Assembly: GCA_017524615.1 (NCBI GenBank)
Contig: JAFXVJ010000012.1
Location: 5,907-69,906 of the forward strand
DNA from: Clostridia bacterium
Lineage (GTDB): Bacteria; Bacillota; Clostridia; Christensenellales; Aristaeellaceae
Direction of reading: 5' to 3'
Length of the DNA stretch: 64,000 nt
Below the pieces are notes generated by a model. That model was not told where the DNA came from, ran no database searches, and saw nothing but the letters and a program-made list of their open reading frames with translations. Shown piece after piece: positions 54,996 through 63,935 of the stretch; position 1 is the first letter of the stretch; every line of letters starts with the position of its first letter. The position numbers were made by a program, and so were the translations under genes.

Positions 54996-55097
54996 GGTTT
55001 TCCTCCTTTGATGTTTTTTTGCTCGTTACCATGGAAAAAAACGGTCGTGTGGGAAACAGAGAACGGAAAAAGGACAGACGATGAAAGAAACCTCCTT

Positions 55098-55763
55098 TCA
55101 TGGGAAATACTGGTATTGCCGTTGGGTGATGGTGCCTTTGCCCTTGCAGGAGGGGCAGGCCTTGTCGCAGTCTACCCGCTGACCATATAGGGTGATATAT
55201 CCCATTCCGCGGCAGATGGGACAGACGCCGTTCACGCAGTTGGGACAGTCCACTTCCACAGTCACCCATCGCCACTCGCCGGATGAGACAGTGGGAGCGG
55301 GCTCTGCTGTGGGGAGGGGCGTTGCGATCGGCGTAGGGGAGGACGTCGGGGCCGGTGACCACGGAACAAAGCCGAACCGCACGGGAGTGAGCAGCAGCAT
55401 AAAGCCCTGATAATCGTAGAACAGGAAATTCCGTCCGTTGCCGCGGCCAAAGCAGAGACAGGCGTTGCCCTCCACGCCGGTCATCTCCGTTGGATAAGCA
55501 TATTCCGCTTCCATACGGCGCTGATACTGCGCGATAAAACCGTCCAGATCCCGGGGCGGGTCGTATCGGTAGGCGAAATACAGGTCCGTATCGCCAAACA
55601 GGGGATCGGTAAAGGACCAATCGTCATAGAGCAGAACGCCTGGAACGCCCGTCAGCTCCGCGGGATCCAGAAAATCGCCCGAAGGGCGGGGGGAGGGGAT
55701 CTCCGCGGAGGCCCACGGCATCGTCAGCAGCAGAATAAGAAGAATGCTTCCGATTTTTTTCAT
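55098..55763 (-). CDS. secreted protein of unknown function with a C-terminal DnaJ-type CxxCxGxG zinc-finger-like module
   Basis: 221 aa. Signal peptide MKKIGSILLILLLTMPWASA, a P/T/S linker, then the C-terminus VEVDCPNCVNGVCPICRGMGYITLYGQRVDCDKACPSCKGKGTI. Confidence 0.6.
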   Translation of the reverse strand: MKKIGSILLILLLTMPWASAEIPSPRPSGDFLDPAELTGVPGVLLYDDWSFTDPLFGDTDLYFAYRYDPPRDLDGFIAQYQRRMEAEYAYPTEMTGVEGNACLCFGRGNGRNFLFYDYQGFMLLLTPVRFGFVPWSPAPTSSPTPIATPLPTAEPAPTVSSGEWRWVTVEVDCPNCVNGVCPICRGMGYITLYGQRVDCDKACPSCKGKGTITQRQYQYFP

Positions 55764-55793
55764 GGCGGTTTTCTCCTTGCGTGTGTTTGCCCA

Positions 55794-56192
55794 TCAGCCG
55801 CATCCGGAGCAGCCGGCGCAATTGCCGCTGCAGCCGCCCGCGGCGGCGCCGTTGGGGTTCAGCACGGAGGACAGCTCCGCGTTCACCTGGTTCATCATGG
55901 CGGTGAAGGTGCGCCGCGCGCCCTGGAGCGCCTGGTACATGGGCTGCTGCTTCAATTGCTCCTGGGCTTCGTCCAGCTCCCTGCTCAGGTCACCGATTTT
56001 TTCAAAATTCGGCTCCTTTTTCAGGGTTTCCTCCTCGATCTGGCGATGGATCTCATGGTAACGCGCAAAATAGGCGGTGAGGGCCTCGTCCTGGGTGGCG
56101 GCGTCCTCGGTGGCCCGGAGGGTGATGTATTCGGGGGACTGGGCGATGATCCCGGCCAATTCCCGGGCTTTTTCGATCACTGACTGACTCAT
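55794..56192 (-). CDS. ymcA: YlbF/YmcA family regulatory protein with a Cys/Gly-rich C-terminal tail
   Basis: Start at the ATG at 56192 (AAAGGAGAAACAGAC upstream). A helical YlbF/YmcA-like sequence (IEKARELAGIIAQSPEYITLRATEDA...) ending in GGCSGNCAGCSGCG. It sits near miaB, as ymcA does next to ymcB (miaB) in B. subtilis. Confidence 0.7.
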   Translation of the reverse strand: MSQSVIEKARELAGIIAQSPEYITLRATEDAATQDEALTAYFARYHEIHRQIEEETLKKEPNFEKIGDLSRELDEAQEQLKQQPMYQALQGARRTFTAMMNQVNAELSSVLNPNGAAAGGCSGNCAGCSGCG

Positions 56193-56219
56193 GTCTGTTT
56201 CTCCTTTCATCGGATGATT

Positions 56220-56879
56220 TTATCTTGCCGGAAACCAGGCCGTTAATTCCCCGGAGATGAGCGCATGCCCAAGAGGGGAAGGATGGTTCCAGTGGCTCAG
56301 CAGGTTGAGCAGATTCCCGTGCTCGTTCACTTCATGTTCAAAGGCCGCAAAGCTGTCGGCGAGGCCCACCTGATACTCCCCGGCCAGGCGGCGGATCTGC
56401 TGCGCGTGCTTTTCCAGCGCGTGCCACTCATCGGACTGAGAAAACCAGCTTTGATCCCAACTGGGGGTCAGGAGAATCACGGGGATCCGGCGGTCGAGCG
56501 ATTTTTCGATCATTTCCCGCCAGGCGTTTTCCGCCTGCTCCAGGGTCAGGCCGCGGTCGTTCAGGCCGTAGTCGATGGTGACAAGATCGGGCTTATGGCA
56601 CAGCACGTCCGCTTCAAAGCGCGCCGCGCCGCGGTCGGAGGCTTCCCCGCCGACGGCGGTGACGATGACGTTGATCACGGCGTAAGGGAAACGCTGGCTC
56701 AGCGTCCGGTACATCAGATGCGGGTAAGCGTGGAAAGAGTCCACAAAGGGCGTGCACGCGTACCCAGCCGGCACGCTGTGCCCGTGGCACACCAGGCTGA
56801 CGGCGCGGTTGTCCGGCCAGCGGCGCGCGAGGGCATCGCACAGCGGGGCGAGATACTGGTGTTTCTGCGGAATGGGCAT
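56220..56879 (-). CDS. SGNH/GDSL-like hydrolase family protein
   Basis: 219 aa. Block I variant VCHGHSVPAG, block III DYGLNDR, and a C-terminal NHPSPLGH. Confidence 0.6.
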   Translation of the reverse strand: MPIPQKHQYLAPLCDALARRWPDNRAVSLVCHGHSVPAGYACTPFVDSFHAYPHLMYRTLSQRFPYAVINVIVTAVGGEASDRGAARFEADVLCHKPDLVTIDYGLNDRGLTLEQAENAWREMIEKSLDRRIPVILLTPSWDQSWFSQSDEWHALEKHAQQIRRLAGEYQVGLADSFAAFEHEVNEHGNLLNLLSHWNHPSPLGHALISGELTAWFPAR

Positions 56880-56924
56880 AGACTTGGCCTCCGTATATTC
56901 CGATCAGCGATCGTCCCGGCGCGG

Positions 56925-58340
56925 TCACGCGCCTTGCATCTGCCCCCTGAGGGTGGTTTTGCTTGCGGCGGTGATCCTGACGGGGACGATTTTGCCGATC
57001 ATTTCCGATGAACCCTCAAAGTTGACGCTGATGTTCCGGCTGGTTTTGCCGGTGAATTGCTTTTCGTTCCGGCGGCTCTGACCGGTGACCAGCACGGATT
57101 CGGTTTTTTCGATCATTTCGGCGAAGCGCTTCTGCGTCATTTCCTCCTGCAGGGCGATGAGCCGCTCAATGCGTTCCGTGGCCAGGGCGGGATCGATCCG
57201 CCCCGGCATTCCGGCGGCCCGGGTGCCCACCCGGGGGGAATAGATGAAGGTGAAGGCGCTGTCGAAGCAGACCTGACGCACCAGATCCATGGTATCCTCA
57301 AAATCCTGATCGGTTTCTCCGGGGAAGGCCACGATCAGATCGGTGGTGAGGCCCACGTCCGGGGCGGCTTTGCGGATCTTTTCAACTTTTTCCAGGTACG
57401 ATTCCCGGGTGTAGCGCCGGTTCATGGCCTGAAGGATGGCGTTGCTGCCCGACTGCACCGGCAGATGCAGATGCCGGCACAGGACGGGATTTTCAGCGAA
57501 TTCCGCGATCAGCTCGTCAGACAGGTCCTTGGGGTGGCTGGTCATGAAGCGGACGCGGGGGATGCCGGTCTGGCTGATGCGGCGGAGCAATTGGGGGAAG
57601 GTGATGCCGCCCGGCGTGTCGTTTCCGTAGGAATTCACGTTCTGCCCCAGCAGCATGATTTCCTGAACGCCCTGCTTCTGCAGCCCCTCCACTTCCCGCA
57701 GGATATCGTCGGCGCTGCGGCTGCGCTCCCGGCCGCGCACATAGGGCACGATGCAGTAGGAGCAGAAATTGTTGCAGCCGTACATGATGGTGACGTAGCT
57801 TTGAAAGGGGGATTCCCGGCGGATGGGCAGCCCTTCGATCAGGGTGGACTGCTCCTGCGGCACGGCCACCGTGCGGCGGCGGGTGTCCACGGCGCGGTAG
57901 AGCAATTCCGGCAGCCGGTAGATGTTGCCGGTGCCGAAGGCCACGTCCACAAAGGGATACTGGCGCAGGATCTTTTCCGCCATGCCGGGCTCCTGCACCA
58001 TGCAGCCGCACACGCCGATGAGCATGCCCGGCCGCTGCTTTTTGATTTCCTTCAGCCACGTCACGTTGCCCAGGGCCTTGCGCTCGGCGTTGTCCCGGAT
58101 GCAGCAGGTGTTGTGCAGCACGAAATCCGCTTCCTCCCGGGTGGGGGCGGGGGTCATGCCCATTTCCTCCAGCATGCCCGCCAGCTTTTCAGAGTCGTGA
58201 ACGTTCATCTGGCAGCCGTAGGTGACGATATGATAGGTGCGGGGCCGATCCGGCAAATGGGCAAATTCCCGGGCAAAGCGCCGCTGCGCTTCCATTTCTT
58301 CGGGGGAGATGCGGATGGTTTGTTCTCTTTCCATGTTCAT
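56925..58340 (-). CDS. miaB: tRNA-2-methylthio-N6-dimethylallyladenosine synthase
   Basis: 471 aa. UPF0004 N-domain YHIVTYGCQMNVHDSE, radical SAM CNNFCSYCIVP, and a C-terminal TRAM domain. Confidence 0.92.
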   Translation of the reverse strand: MNMEREQTIRISPEEMEAQRRFAREFAHLPDRPRTYHIVTYGCQMNVHDSEKLAGMLEEMGMTPAPTREEADFVLHNTCCIRDNAERKALGNVTWLKEIKKQRPGMLIGVCGCMVQEPGMAEKILRQYPFVDVAFGTGNIYRLPELLYRAVDTRRRTVAVPQEQSTLIEGLPIRRESPFQSYVTIMYGCNNFCSYCIVPYVRGRERSRSADDILREVEGLQKQGVQEIMLLGQNVNSYGNDTPGGITFPQLLRRISQTGIPRVRFMTSHPKDLSDELIAEFAENPVLCRHLHLPVQSGSNAILQAMNRRYTRESYLEKVEKIRKAAPDVGLTTDLIVAFPGETDQDFEDTMDLVRQVCFDSAFTFIYSPRVGTRAAGMPGRIDPALATERIERLIALQEEMTQKRFAEMIEKTESVLVTGQSRRNEKQFTGKTSRNISVNFEGSSEMIGKIVPVRITAASKTTLRGQMQGA

Positions 58341-59461
58341 TCCTCGCTGTTGGCCGCGTCCTCCGGCGGGAGGAGGGAATCGGGCGCGTCGGTTTTCTTG
58401 CGGGTCATTTCCATCAGGCCCAGGGCGGTGAAGCCGTGCAGGGTGGTTTTCACCGGATCGTCCCGCAGGGCGTCCAGCAGGGCCTGGGTCACCGCGGCGC
58501 GGCTTTCGTCGCTTTGCATATCCACAAAATCAATGATGATGATGCCGCCCAGGTTCCTCAGGCGGCAAAGCCGGGCGATTTCCCTTGCGGCTTCCCGGTT
58601 CAGGGCCAGGAAGGTGCTTTCCGCGCCGGTTTTTTTGCCAGTATACTTGCCGCTGTTCACGTCGATGACGGTCAGGGCCTCGGTTCGGTCGATGACGAGG
58701 TACCCGCCGCAGTCCAGCCAGACCTTCCGCTGGAGGGATTTTTTCAGCTTGTCCCGGACATTGTACAGGTCAAATGGATGGGGACAGGATTTCACGGGGA
58801 TGGAGAAGGCCGGCAGGGCCGCGGGATCATCCGTCAGGATTTCATCCACCGTGCCCTGCTCATCCCGCAAAAGGCGGGCGAGGGCATCCTCCCGGTTTCG
58901 GAGCAGCCCGGGCCCCGCGGCGCTTTTTTTCCGATCCAGCACGCGGTCCCACGCCTGACACAATTCCCGGATTTCCCCGCGGAGGACGCTGTCCTCCATT
59001 CCGCTGCTTTCAGCCCGCATCACCAGGCCCATGCCGGTAGGAGCCAGACGGGCGGCGGTTTCGGCCAGGCGTCTGCGCGTTTCCTCATCCTGAATGCGTT
59101 TGGATACGGAAATCTTCTGCGACAGGGGGGTCAGGATCGTATACCGCCCGGCCAGGGAAACATCGGCGGTGAGATAGGGGGCCTTGCCGCCCAGCGGCGG
59201 CTTTTTCACCTGCACCGGCAGCATATCGCCGGAGCGGGGCGGGGAAACGCACTCCGAAAAGGGCAGGAACCCCACCTGATCCCGACCCAGCTTCACGAAG
59301 GCCGCCTCCATGCCCTTCACAATCCGGTCCACCCGGCCCAGATAGATTTGCTCTGCCTCCACCGCGTCCGGCATTTCCCGGGAAAAGTGCAGCAGGCGCT
59401 TGTCCTCCATCAGGGCGATTTCCCTGTGCCCGTCCAGGGTTTCGATCAGCACGCGCTTCAT
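58337..59461 (-). CDS. rng: ribonuclease E/G family protein (short, RNase G-like)
   Basis: 374 aa. S1 domain IYLGRVDRIVKGMEAAFVKLG, then catalytic motifs VIDVNSGKYTGKK and GGIIIIDFVDM. ATGA overlaps with both neighbours. Confidence 0.85.
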   Translation of the reverse strand: MKRVLIETLDGHREIALMEDKRLLHFSREMPDAVEAEQIYLGRVDRIVKGMEAAFVKLGRDQVGFLPFSECVSPPRSGDMLPVQVKKPPLGGKAPYLTADVSLAGRYTILTPLSQKISVSKRIQDEETRRRLAETAARLAPTGMGLVMRAESSGMEDSVLRGEIRELCQAWDRVLDRKKSAAGPGLLRNREDALARLLRDEQGTVDEILTDDPAALPAFSIPVKSCPHPFDLYNVRDKLKKSLQRKVWLDCGGYLVIDRTEALTVIDVNSGKYTGKKTGAESTFLALNREAAREIARLCRLRNLGGIIIIDFVDMQSDESRAAVTQALLDALRDDPVKTTLHGFTALGLMEMTRKKTDAPDSLLPPEDAANSEE

Positions 59462-60120
59462 AGCGTTTCCAGGGGGACGAACGCCCCGTCCCTTTCTCCC
59501 AGCAGCTGCGTGCGCGTCACCAGGGCCCGGGGACGCGCCATCCCCGCGAATTCAAACAGGGAGGACAAAAGCAGATCGGGCTTGCAGGTGGCCTTTTCGC
59601 ACAGCGCCAAGGTGAAGCGCAGGACGCTGCCCCGCAGGGACAGATCATAAATCATGGGCCGGATATCACAGGGCTTTAAGCCCGTCTTGGTTTTGCGGAT
59701 GGCGGGGATCTCCTCCTGGGCCAGGAACGCGGAGATTTTTTCTTCCAGTCCGTCCGGCACGGTCTCCAGCTGCGCCTCGTACATGGCCGCCGTCAAAAGC
59801 GCCATGGGGGCGGGATGGCGGTCGTCCGCCGGGCGGCATTCCAGGCAGGGCAGATCCGGCGGCAGGGCGGAGGAGAGCTTTTGCATGAATTCATCCGCCG
59901 TCATGTCCCGGGCGATGGGGACCTCCATGATTTCCCTTTGTCCCGGCATGCCCACGCTGAGCGGTGCGGCGAAGGACAGCAGAATGTGGGGGTTGAAGCC
60001 CTGGGAATAGCACAGCGGCAATCCGCTTCGGCGCAGGGCGCGCTGCATCGCGCGCATCAGGTCCAGATGGCCGATGTGGCGCAGGCGGGGCGCTTTTTCA
60101 AACACGACGATCATTTTCAT
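59458..60120 (-). CDS. TIGR03936 (DUF2344) family radical SAM-associated protein
   Basis: Start at the ATG at 60120. RLRHIGHLDLMRAMQRALRRSGLPLCYSQGFNPH is the family signature as I recall it. It immediately follows the TIGR03960 radical SAM gene. Confidence 0.75.
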   Translation of the reverse strand: MKMIVVFEKAPRLRHIGHLDLMRAMQRALRRSGLPLCYSQGFNPHILLSFAAPLSVGMPGQREIMEVPIARDMTADEFMQKLSSALPPDLPCLECRPADDRHPAPMALLTAAMYEAQLETVPDGLEEKISAFLAQEEIPAIRKTKTGLKPCDIRPMIYDLSLRGSVLRFTLALCEKATCKPDLLLSSLFEFAGMARPRALVTRTQLLGERDGAFVPLETL

Positions 60121-60133
60121 ATCGGCACCCCCC

Positions 60134-62035
60134 TCAGTCAAACAGCGGCGCGGAGGCTTGATCCGTATCCCTGAGCGGCGGATGCTTCACCCAATCGCAC
60201 ACGCCCCAGGTGTGCAGCCCACAGCCGTTGCAGCCGCGGCGGCAATCCCGGGTGGTTTCCCCCCGCTTGGCTTTTTCGTTTTCCTTTTTCAGGTATTCCT
60301 GGCTGACGCCCGCGTCGATGAACTGCCAGGGCAGCAATTCATCGTAGGGCCGCTCCCGGTAGGCGTAGAAATCCGGGGTCAGGCCGCAGTCGGCGAACGC
60401 GCCCAGCCATTGATCGAATTTGAAGTATTCATTCCAGCTGTCCAGGCGGCAGCCCCGCTTCCAGGCGGCGTAGATCACATCGCCCATGCGCCGGTCGCCC
60501 CGGGATACGCAGGCCTCCAGCATGGATAATTCGCTTTCGTGCCAGTTGAAATGCACGCTTTTCAGCTTCAGGTACTGGCGCAGGGCGGCCTGCTTTTCGT
60601 GCACCGTTTCGATGGTGTCCTGGCCGGCCCACTGGAAGGGCGTGAAGGGCTTGGGCACGAACACCGAGGCGCTGGCCGTCACCTTCACCCCGTTTTTGCT
60701 GCGTTTTTCCTTGGGAAGGGCGTAATAGGCGTCCACCACCTTTTTCGCCAGGCGGCCGATGCCCTGCAGATCCTCGTCCGTTTCGGTGGGCAGGCCCATC
60801 ATGAAGTAGAGCTTCACGCTGCTCCAGCCGCACTCGAAGGCGTCGGTGACGGACCGGATCAGGTCCTCCTCCGTGACGCCCTTGTTGATCACGTCGCGAA
60901 GCCGCTGGGTGCCCGCCTCCGGGGCCAGGGTGAGGCCGGAGCGCTTTACCTGCTGGGTCTCTTCCAGGGACTGCTTGACGATGTTGTCGATGCGCATGCT
61001 GGGCAGGCTGACGCCCACGCGCTTATCCCGGTAGCGGTCCATCAGCGCCTGGATCAGCTGGGGCAGGCAGGGATAATCCCCGCTGGACAGGGAGGACAGG
61101 CTCATTTCCTCATAGCCGGTGGCCTGCTGCAATTGATCCGCCAGCTCCAGCAGACGCTCCATGCTGCGCTCCCTGACCGGGCGGTACAGCATGCCGGCCT
61201 GACAGAAGCGGCAGCCCCGGGTGCAGCCCCGCATGATTTCCAGCACCATCCGGTCGTGAACGATTTCGGTGTAGGGAACGGGGATGGCGGTGGGGTACAC
61301 CGCGGCGGACAGGTCCTTCACCACCCGCTTTTTCACCACCGCCGGGGCCGCCGGATCGTTGGGCGCGAAAGATTTCAGCGTGCCGTCGTCATTGTAGGAA
61401 ACGTCGTATAGGGAGGGCACATACACGCCTTCCAGCCTGGCCAGATTGCGGAAAATGTCTTTCTTCGGGAGCCCCGCCTCCCGTCCGTCCCGAATCACGT
61501 CGATCAGCTCGTGCATCACGTCCTCCCCGTCGCCGATCATATAGGCGTCGATGAAGGGGGCCAGGGGCTCGGGATTGAAGGCGCAGGGGCCGCCCGCCAC
61601 GATGATGGGATCGTTTTCAGCCCGGTCCCGCGCATAGGCGGGAATATGGGAAAGGTCCAGCATCTCCAGGATGTTGGTGTAGCTCATTTCGTATTGCAGG
61701 GTAAAGCCGATGATCTGGAAATCCCGCAGCTCATGGCGGGTTTCCAGCGAGAAAAGGGGCAGGCTTTCCGCCCGCATCAGATCGGCCATGTCCGCTCCGG
61801 GCATGAACACCCGTTCGCACAGGGCGTCCGTCCGGCGATTGATCAGGTCGTAGAGAATCTTCATGCCCAGGTGGCTCATGCCGATTTCATAGGTGTCGGC
61901 AAAGCAGAAGGCGAAGGTGGAGCGCACGGCGGCCCAATCCTTCACCACGGCGTTCATTTCGCCGCCTGTGTAGCGCGCGGGCTTCTGCACCATTTCCAGC
62001 AGCCTCTCCAGCTTCAGGTTGTCTTGCTCGTTCAA
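60134..62035 (-). CDS. TIGR03960 family B12-binding-domain radical SAM protein
   Basis: Preferred start is the TTG at 62035 (GGAGGGATCATTCC upstream). N-terminus VQKPARYTGGEMN, and radical SAM cluster motif GCTRGCRFCQAG. Confidence 0.8.
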   Translation of the reverse strand: MNEQDNLKLERLLEMVQKPARYTGGEMNAVVKDWAAVRSTFAFCFADTYEIGMSHLGMKILYDLINRRTDALCERVFMPGADMADLMRAESLPLFSLETRHELRDFQIIGFTLQYEMSYTNILEMLDLSHIPAYARDRAENDPIIVAGGPCAFNPEPLAPFIDAYMIGDGEDVMHELIDVIRDGREAGLPKKDIFRNLARLEGVYVPSLYDVSYNDDGTLKSFAPNDPAAPAVVKKRVVKDLSAAVYPTAIPVPYTEIVHDRMVLEIMRGCTRGCRFCQAGMLYRPVRERSMERLLELADQLQQATGYEEMSLSSLSSGDYPCLPQLIQALMDRYRDKRVGVSLPSMRIDNIVKQSLEETQQVKRSGLTLAPEAGTQRLRDVINKGVTEEDLIRSVTDAFECGWSSVKLYFMMGLPTETDEDLQGIGRLAKKVVDAYYALPKEKRSKNGVKVTASASVFVPKPFTPFQWAGQDTIETVHEKQAALRQYLKLKSVHFNWHESELSMLEACVSRGDRRMGDVIYAAWKRGCRLDSWNEYFKFDQWLGAFADCGLTPDFYAYRERPYDELLPWQFIDAGVSQEYLKKENEKAKRGETTRDCRRGCNGCGLHTWGVCDWVKHPPLRDTDQASAPLFD

Positions 62036-62076
62036 GGAATGATCCCTCCAAAGATAAACATAACAAACCAACATAC

Positions 62077-62105
62077 ATTGTAGCATTTTTTTTGATGCTT
62101 GTCCA
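62077..62105 (-). promoter_or_regulatory. sigma-A-type promoter of the radical SAM / rng / miaB operon
   Basis: Reverse strand reads TGGACA (62105-62100), a 17-nt spacer, then TACAAT (62082-62077). Confidence 0.55.
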
Positions 62106-62178
62106 TTGTCCGGCCGGGCAGTGAACGGCCAGAACGGGCATTTTTGAAAATAAATTTGCAAACCCGCTCTTTCGCATA

Positions 62179-62207
62179 TTGACATTCCCGCAGGATCATG
62201 CTATCCT
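62179..62207 (+). promoter_or_regulatory. sigma-A-type promoter of rrf2-nifS-nifU
   Basis: TTGACA, a 17-nt spacer, then TATCCT. Followed by the inverted repeat CCCGAC-aaaatcg-GTCGGG (62220-62238). Confidence 0.6.
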
Positions 62208-62258
62208 TACATCCGGAAACCCGACAAAATCGGTCGGGATTCAGAAGGGAGGGGTTCC

Positions 62259-62678
62259 ATGAAGCTGTCGACCCGCGGAAAATACGGCCTGTACGCCATG
62301 ATTTTTCTGGCGCAGCATCATGGCGAAGGGCCCCAATCCCTCAAGGCCATTGCCGAGGTGGGCACGCCGGAAAGCTATCTGGAACAGCTGCTGGGATCCC
62401 TGCGTCGGGCGGACCTGGTGAAGACCGTGCGGGGCGCGCAGGGGGGGTATCAACTGTCCCGCCCGCCGGAGGACATTACCGCGCGGGATATCCTGGAGGC
62501 TATGGAGGGCCCCTTCAGCCTGTCCGACTGTGTGGGGGAGGGCGACAGCCCCTGCGCCCGGAAGGAAAACTGCCCCGCCCGCAGCGTGTGGGAATTCCTG
62601 ACGGACAAATTCAACGGTCTGCTGGACAGCATTACCCTGGCAGATATGATTCACCAAAACCTGAATCAAACCACATAA
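62259..62678 (+). CDS. Rrf2 family transcriptional regulator (IscR/CymR-like, three-Cys cluster-ligand pattern)
   Basis: 139 aa, MKLSTRGKYGLYAMIFLA...LVKTVRGAQGGYQL, with C-x7-C-x5-C (CVGEGDSPCARKENC). Confidence 0.9.
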   Translation: MKLSTRGKYGLYAMIFLAQHHGEGPQSLKAIAEVGTPESYLEQLLGSLRRADLVKTVRGAQGGYQLSRPPEDITARDILEAMEGPFSLSDCVGEGDSPCARKENCPARSVWEFLTDKFNGLLDSITLADMIHQNLNQTT

Positions 62679-62691
62679 AGGAGACGCGATT

Positions 62692-63870
62692 ATGAACCGT
62701 ATTTACATGGATAACGCCGCCACCACCGCCGTGTGCCCCGAGGCGCTGGCGGCCATGCTGCCCTGCTTTGGGGAGCATTTCGGAAACGCCAGCAGCATCC
62801 ATTCCACCGGCCGGGACGCCCGGAAGGTGCTGGAGGAGGCCCGCCGCAAGGTGGCCGATGTGCTGGGCGCCAAGCCTCAGGAGATTTATTTCACCTCCGG
62901 CGGCTCGGAAAGCGACAACTGGGCCATCAAGGGCGCGGCCTTTGCCAACCGGAAGAAGGGCAATCACATTATCACCAGCGCGATTGAGCATCACGCCGTG
63001 CTCCACACCTGCCAGTGGCTGGAAAAGCAGGGCTTCCGGGTGACGTATCTGCCGGTGGATGAATACGGCCTGGTGAACCCCGCCGACGTGGAGGCGGCCA
63101 TCACCGATCAGACCATCCTGATCACCATCATGGCGGCCAACAATGAAATCGGCACCATCGAGCCGGTGGCGGAGATCGGCAGGATCGCCCAGGCGCACAG
63201 GATCCTGTTCCACTGCGACGCGGTGCAGGCTGTGGGCGCCATTCCGGTGAATGTGGACGCCTGGCACGTGGATATGCTGTCCCTGTCCGGCCATAAATTC
63301 CACGGGCCCAAGGGCGTGGGAGCGCTGTATATCCGCACCGGCGCCAAGCTGGATCAGTTTATGCACGGCGGCGCCCAGGAGCGGGGCAGGCGGGCCACCA
63401 CGGAAAACGTGCCCGGCATCGTGGGCATGGCAGCCGCGCTGGAAAAGGCGGCGGCCAATCTGGAGGAAAACGGCATCCGGCTGACCTATCTGCGGGATAA
63501 GCTCATCAAGGGCATTCTGGATCAGATTCCCTACACCCGCCTGAACGGCCATCCCCTGCAGCGGCTGCCCGGCAACGTGAACGTATCCATTCAGTATATC
63601 GAGGGGGAGGCCATGCTGCTCCGGCTGGATCTGGCGGGCATCGCCGGGTCGTCCGGCTCCGCGTGCACCAGCGGCAGCCTGGATCCCAGCCACGTTTTGC
63701 TGGCCATCGGCCTGCCCCATGAGGTGGCCCACGGCAGCCTGCGCCTGTCGCTGACCGACACCAACACCGAAGAAGAAGTGGACGAGGTGCTGCGGGTGCT
63801 GCCCCAAATCGTGAGCACGCTGCGCTCCATGTCGCCGATGTATGACGATTTTATTCACGGGAAAAAATAA
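62692..63870 (+). CDS. nifS: cysteine desulfurase (NifS/IscS type)
   Basis: 392 aa, IYMDNAATT, with the PLP Lys in SLSGHKFHGPKG and the active-site Cys in GSSGSACTSGS. Confidence 0.93.
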   Translation: MNRIYMDNAATTAVCPEALAAMLPCFGEHFGNASSIHSTGRDARKVLEEARRKVADVLGAKPQEIYFTSGGSESDNWAIKGAAFANRKKGNHIITSAIEHHAVLHTCQWLEKQGFRVTYLPVDEYGLVNPADVEAAITDQTILITIMAANNEIGTIEPVAEIGRIAQAHRILFHCDAVQAVGAIPVNVDAWHVDMLSLSGHKFHGPKGVGALYIRTGAKLDQFMHGGAQERGRRATTENVPGIVGMAAALEKAAANLEENGIRLTYLRDKLIKGILDQIPYTRLNGHPLQRLPGNVNVSIQYIEGEAMLLRLDLAGIAGSSGSACTSGSLDPSHVLLAIGLPHEVAHGSLRLSLTDTNTEEEVDEVLRVLPQIVSTLRSMSPMYDDFIHGKK

Positions 63871-63935
63871 GCTGAAAAAGTTGCCAAGTTGTAAACAATC
63901 GCGTTTGACCGTGCATTAAGGGAGGAAATCAGGCT

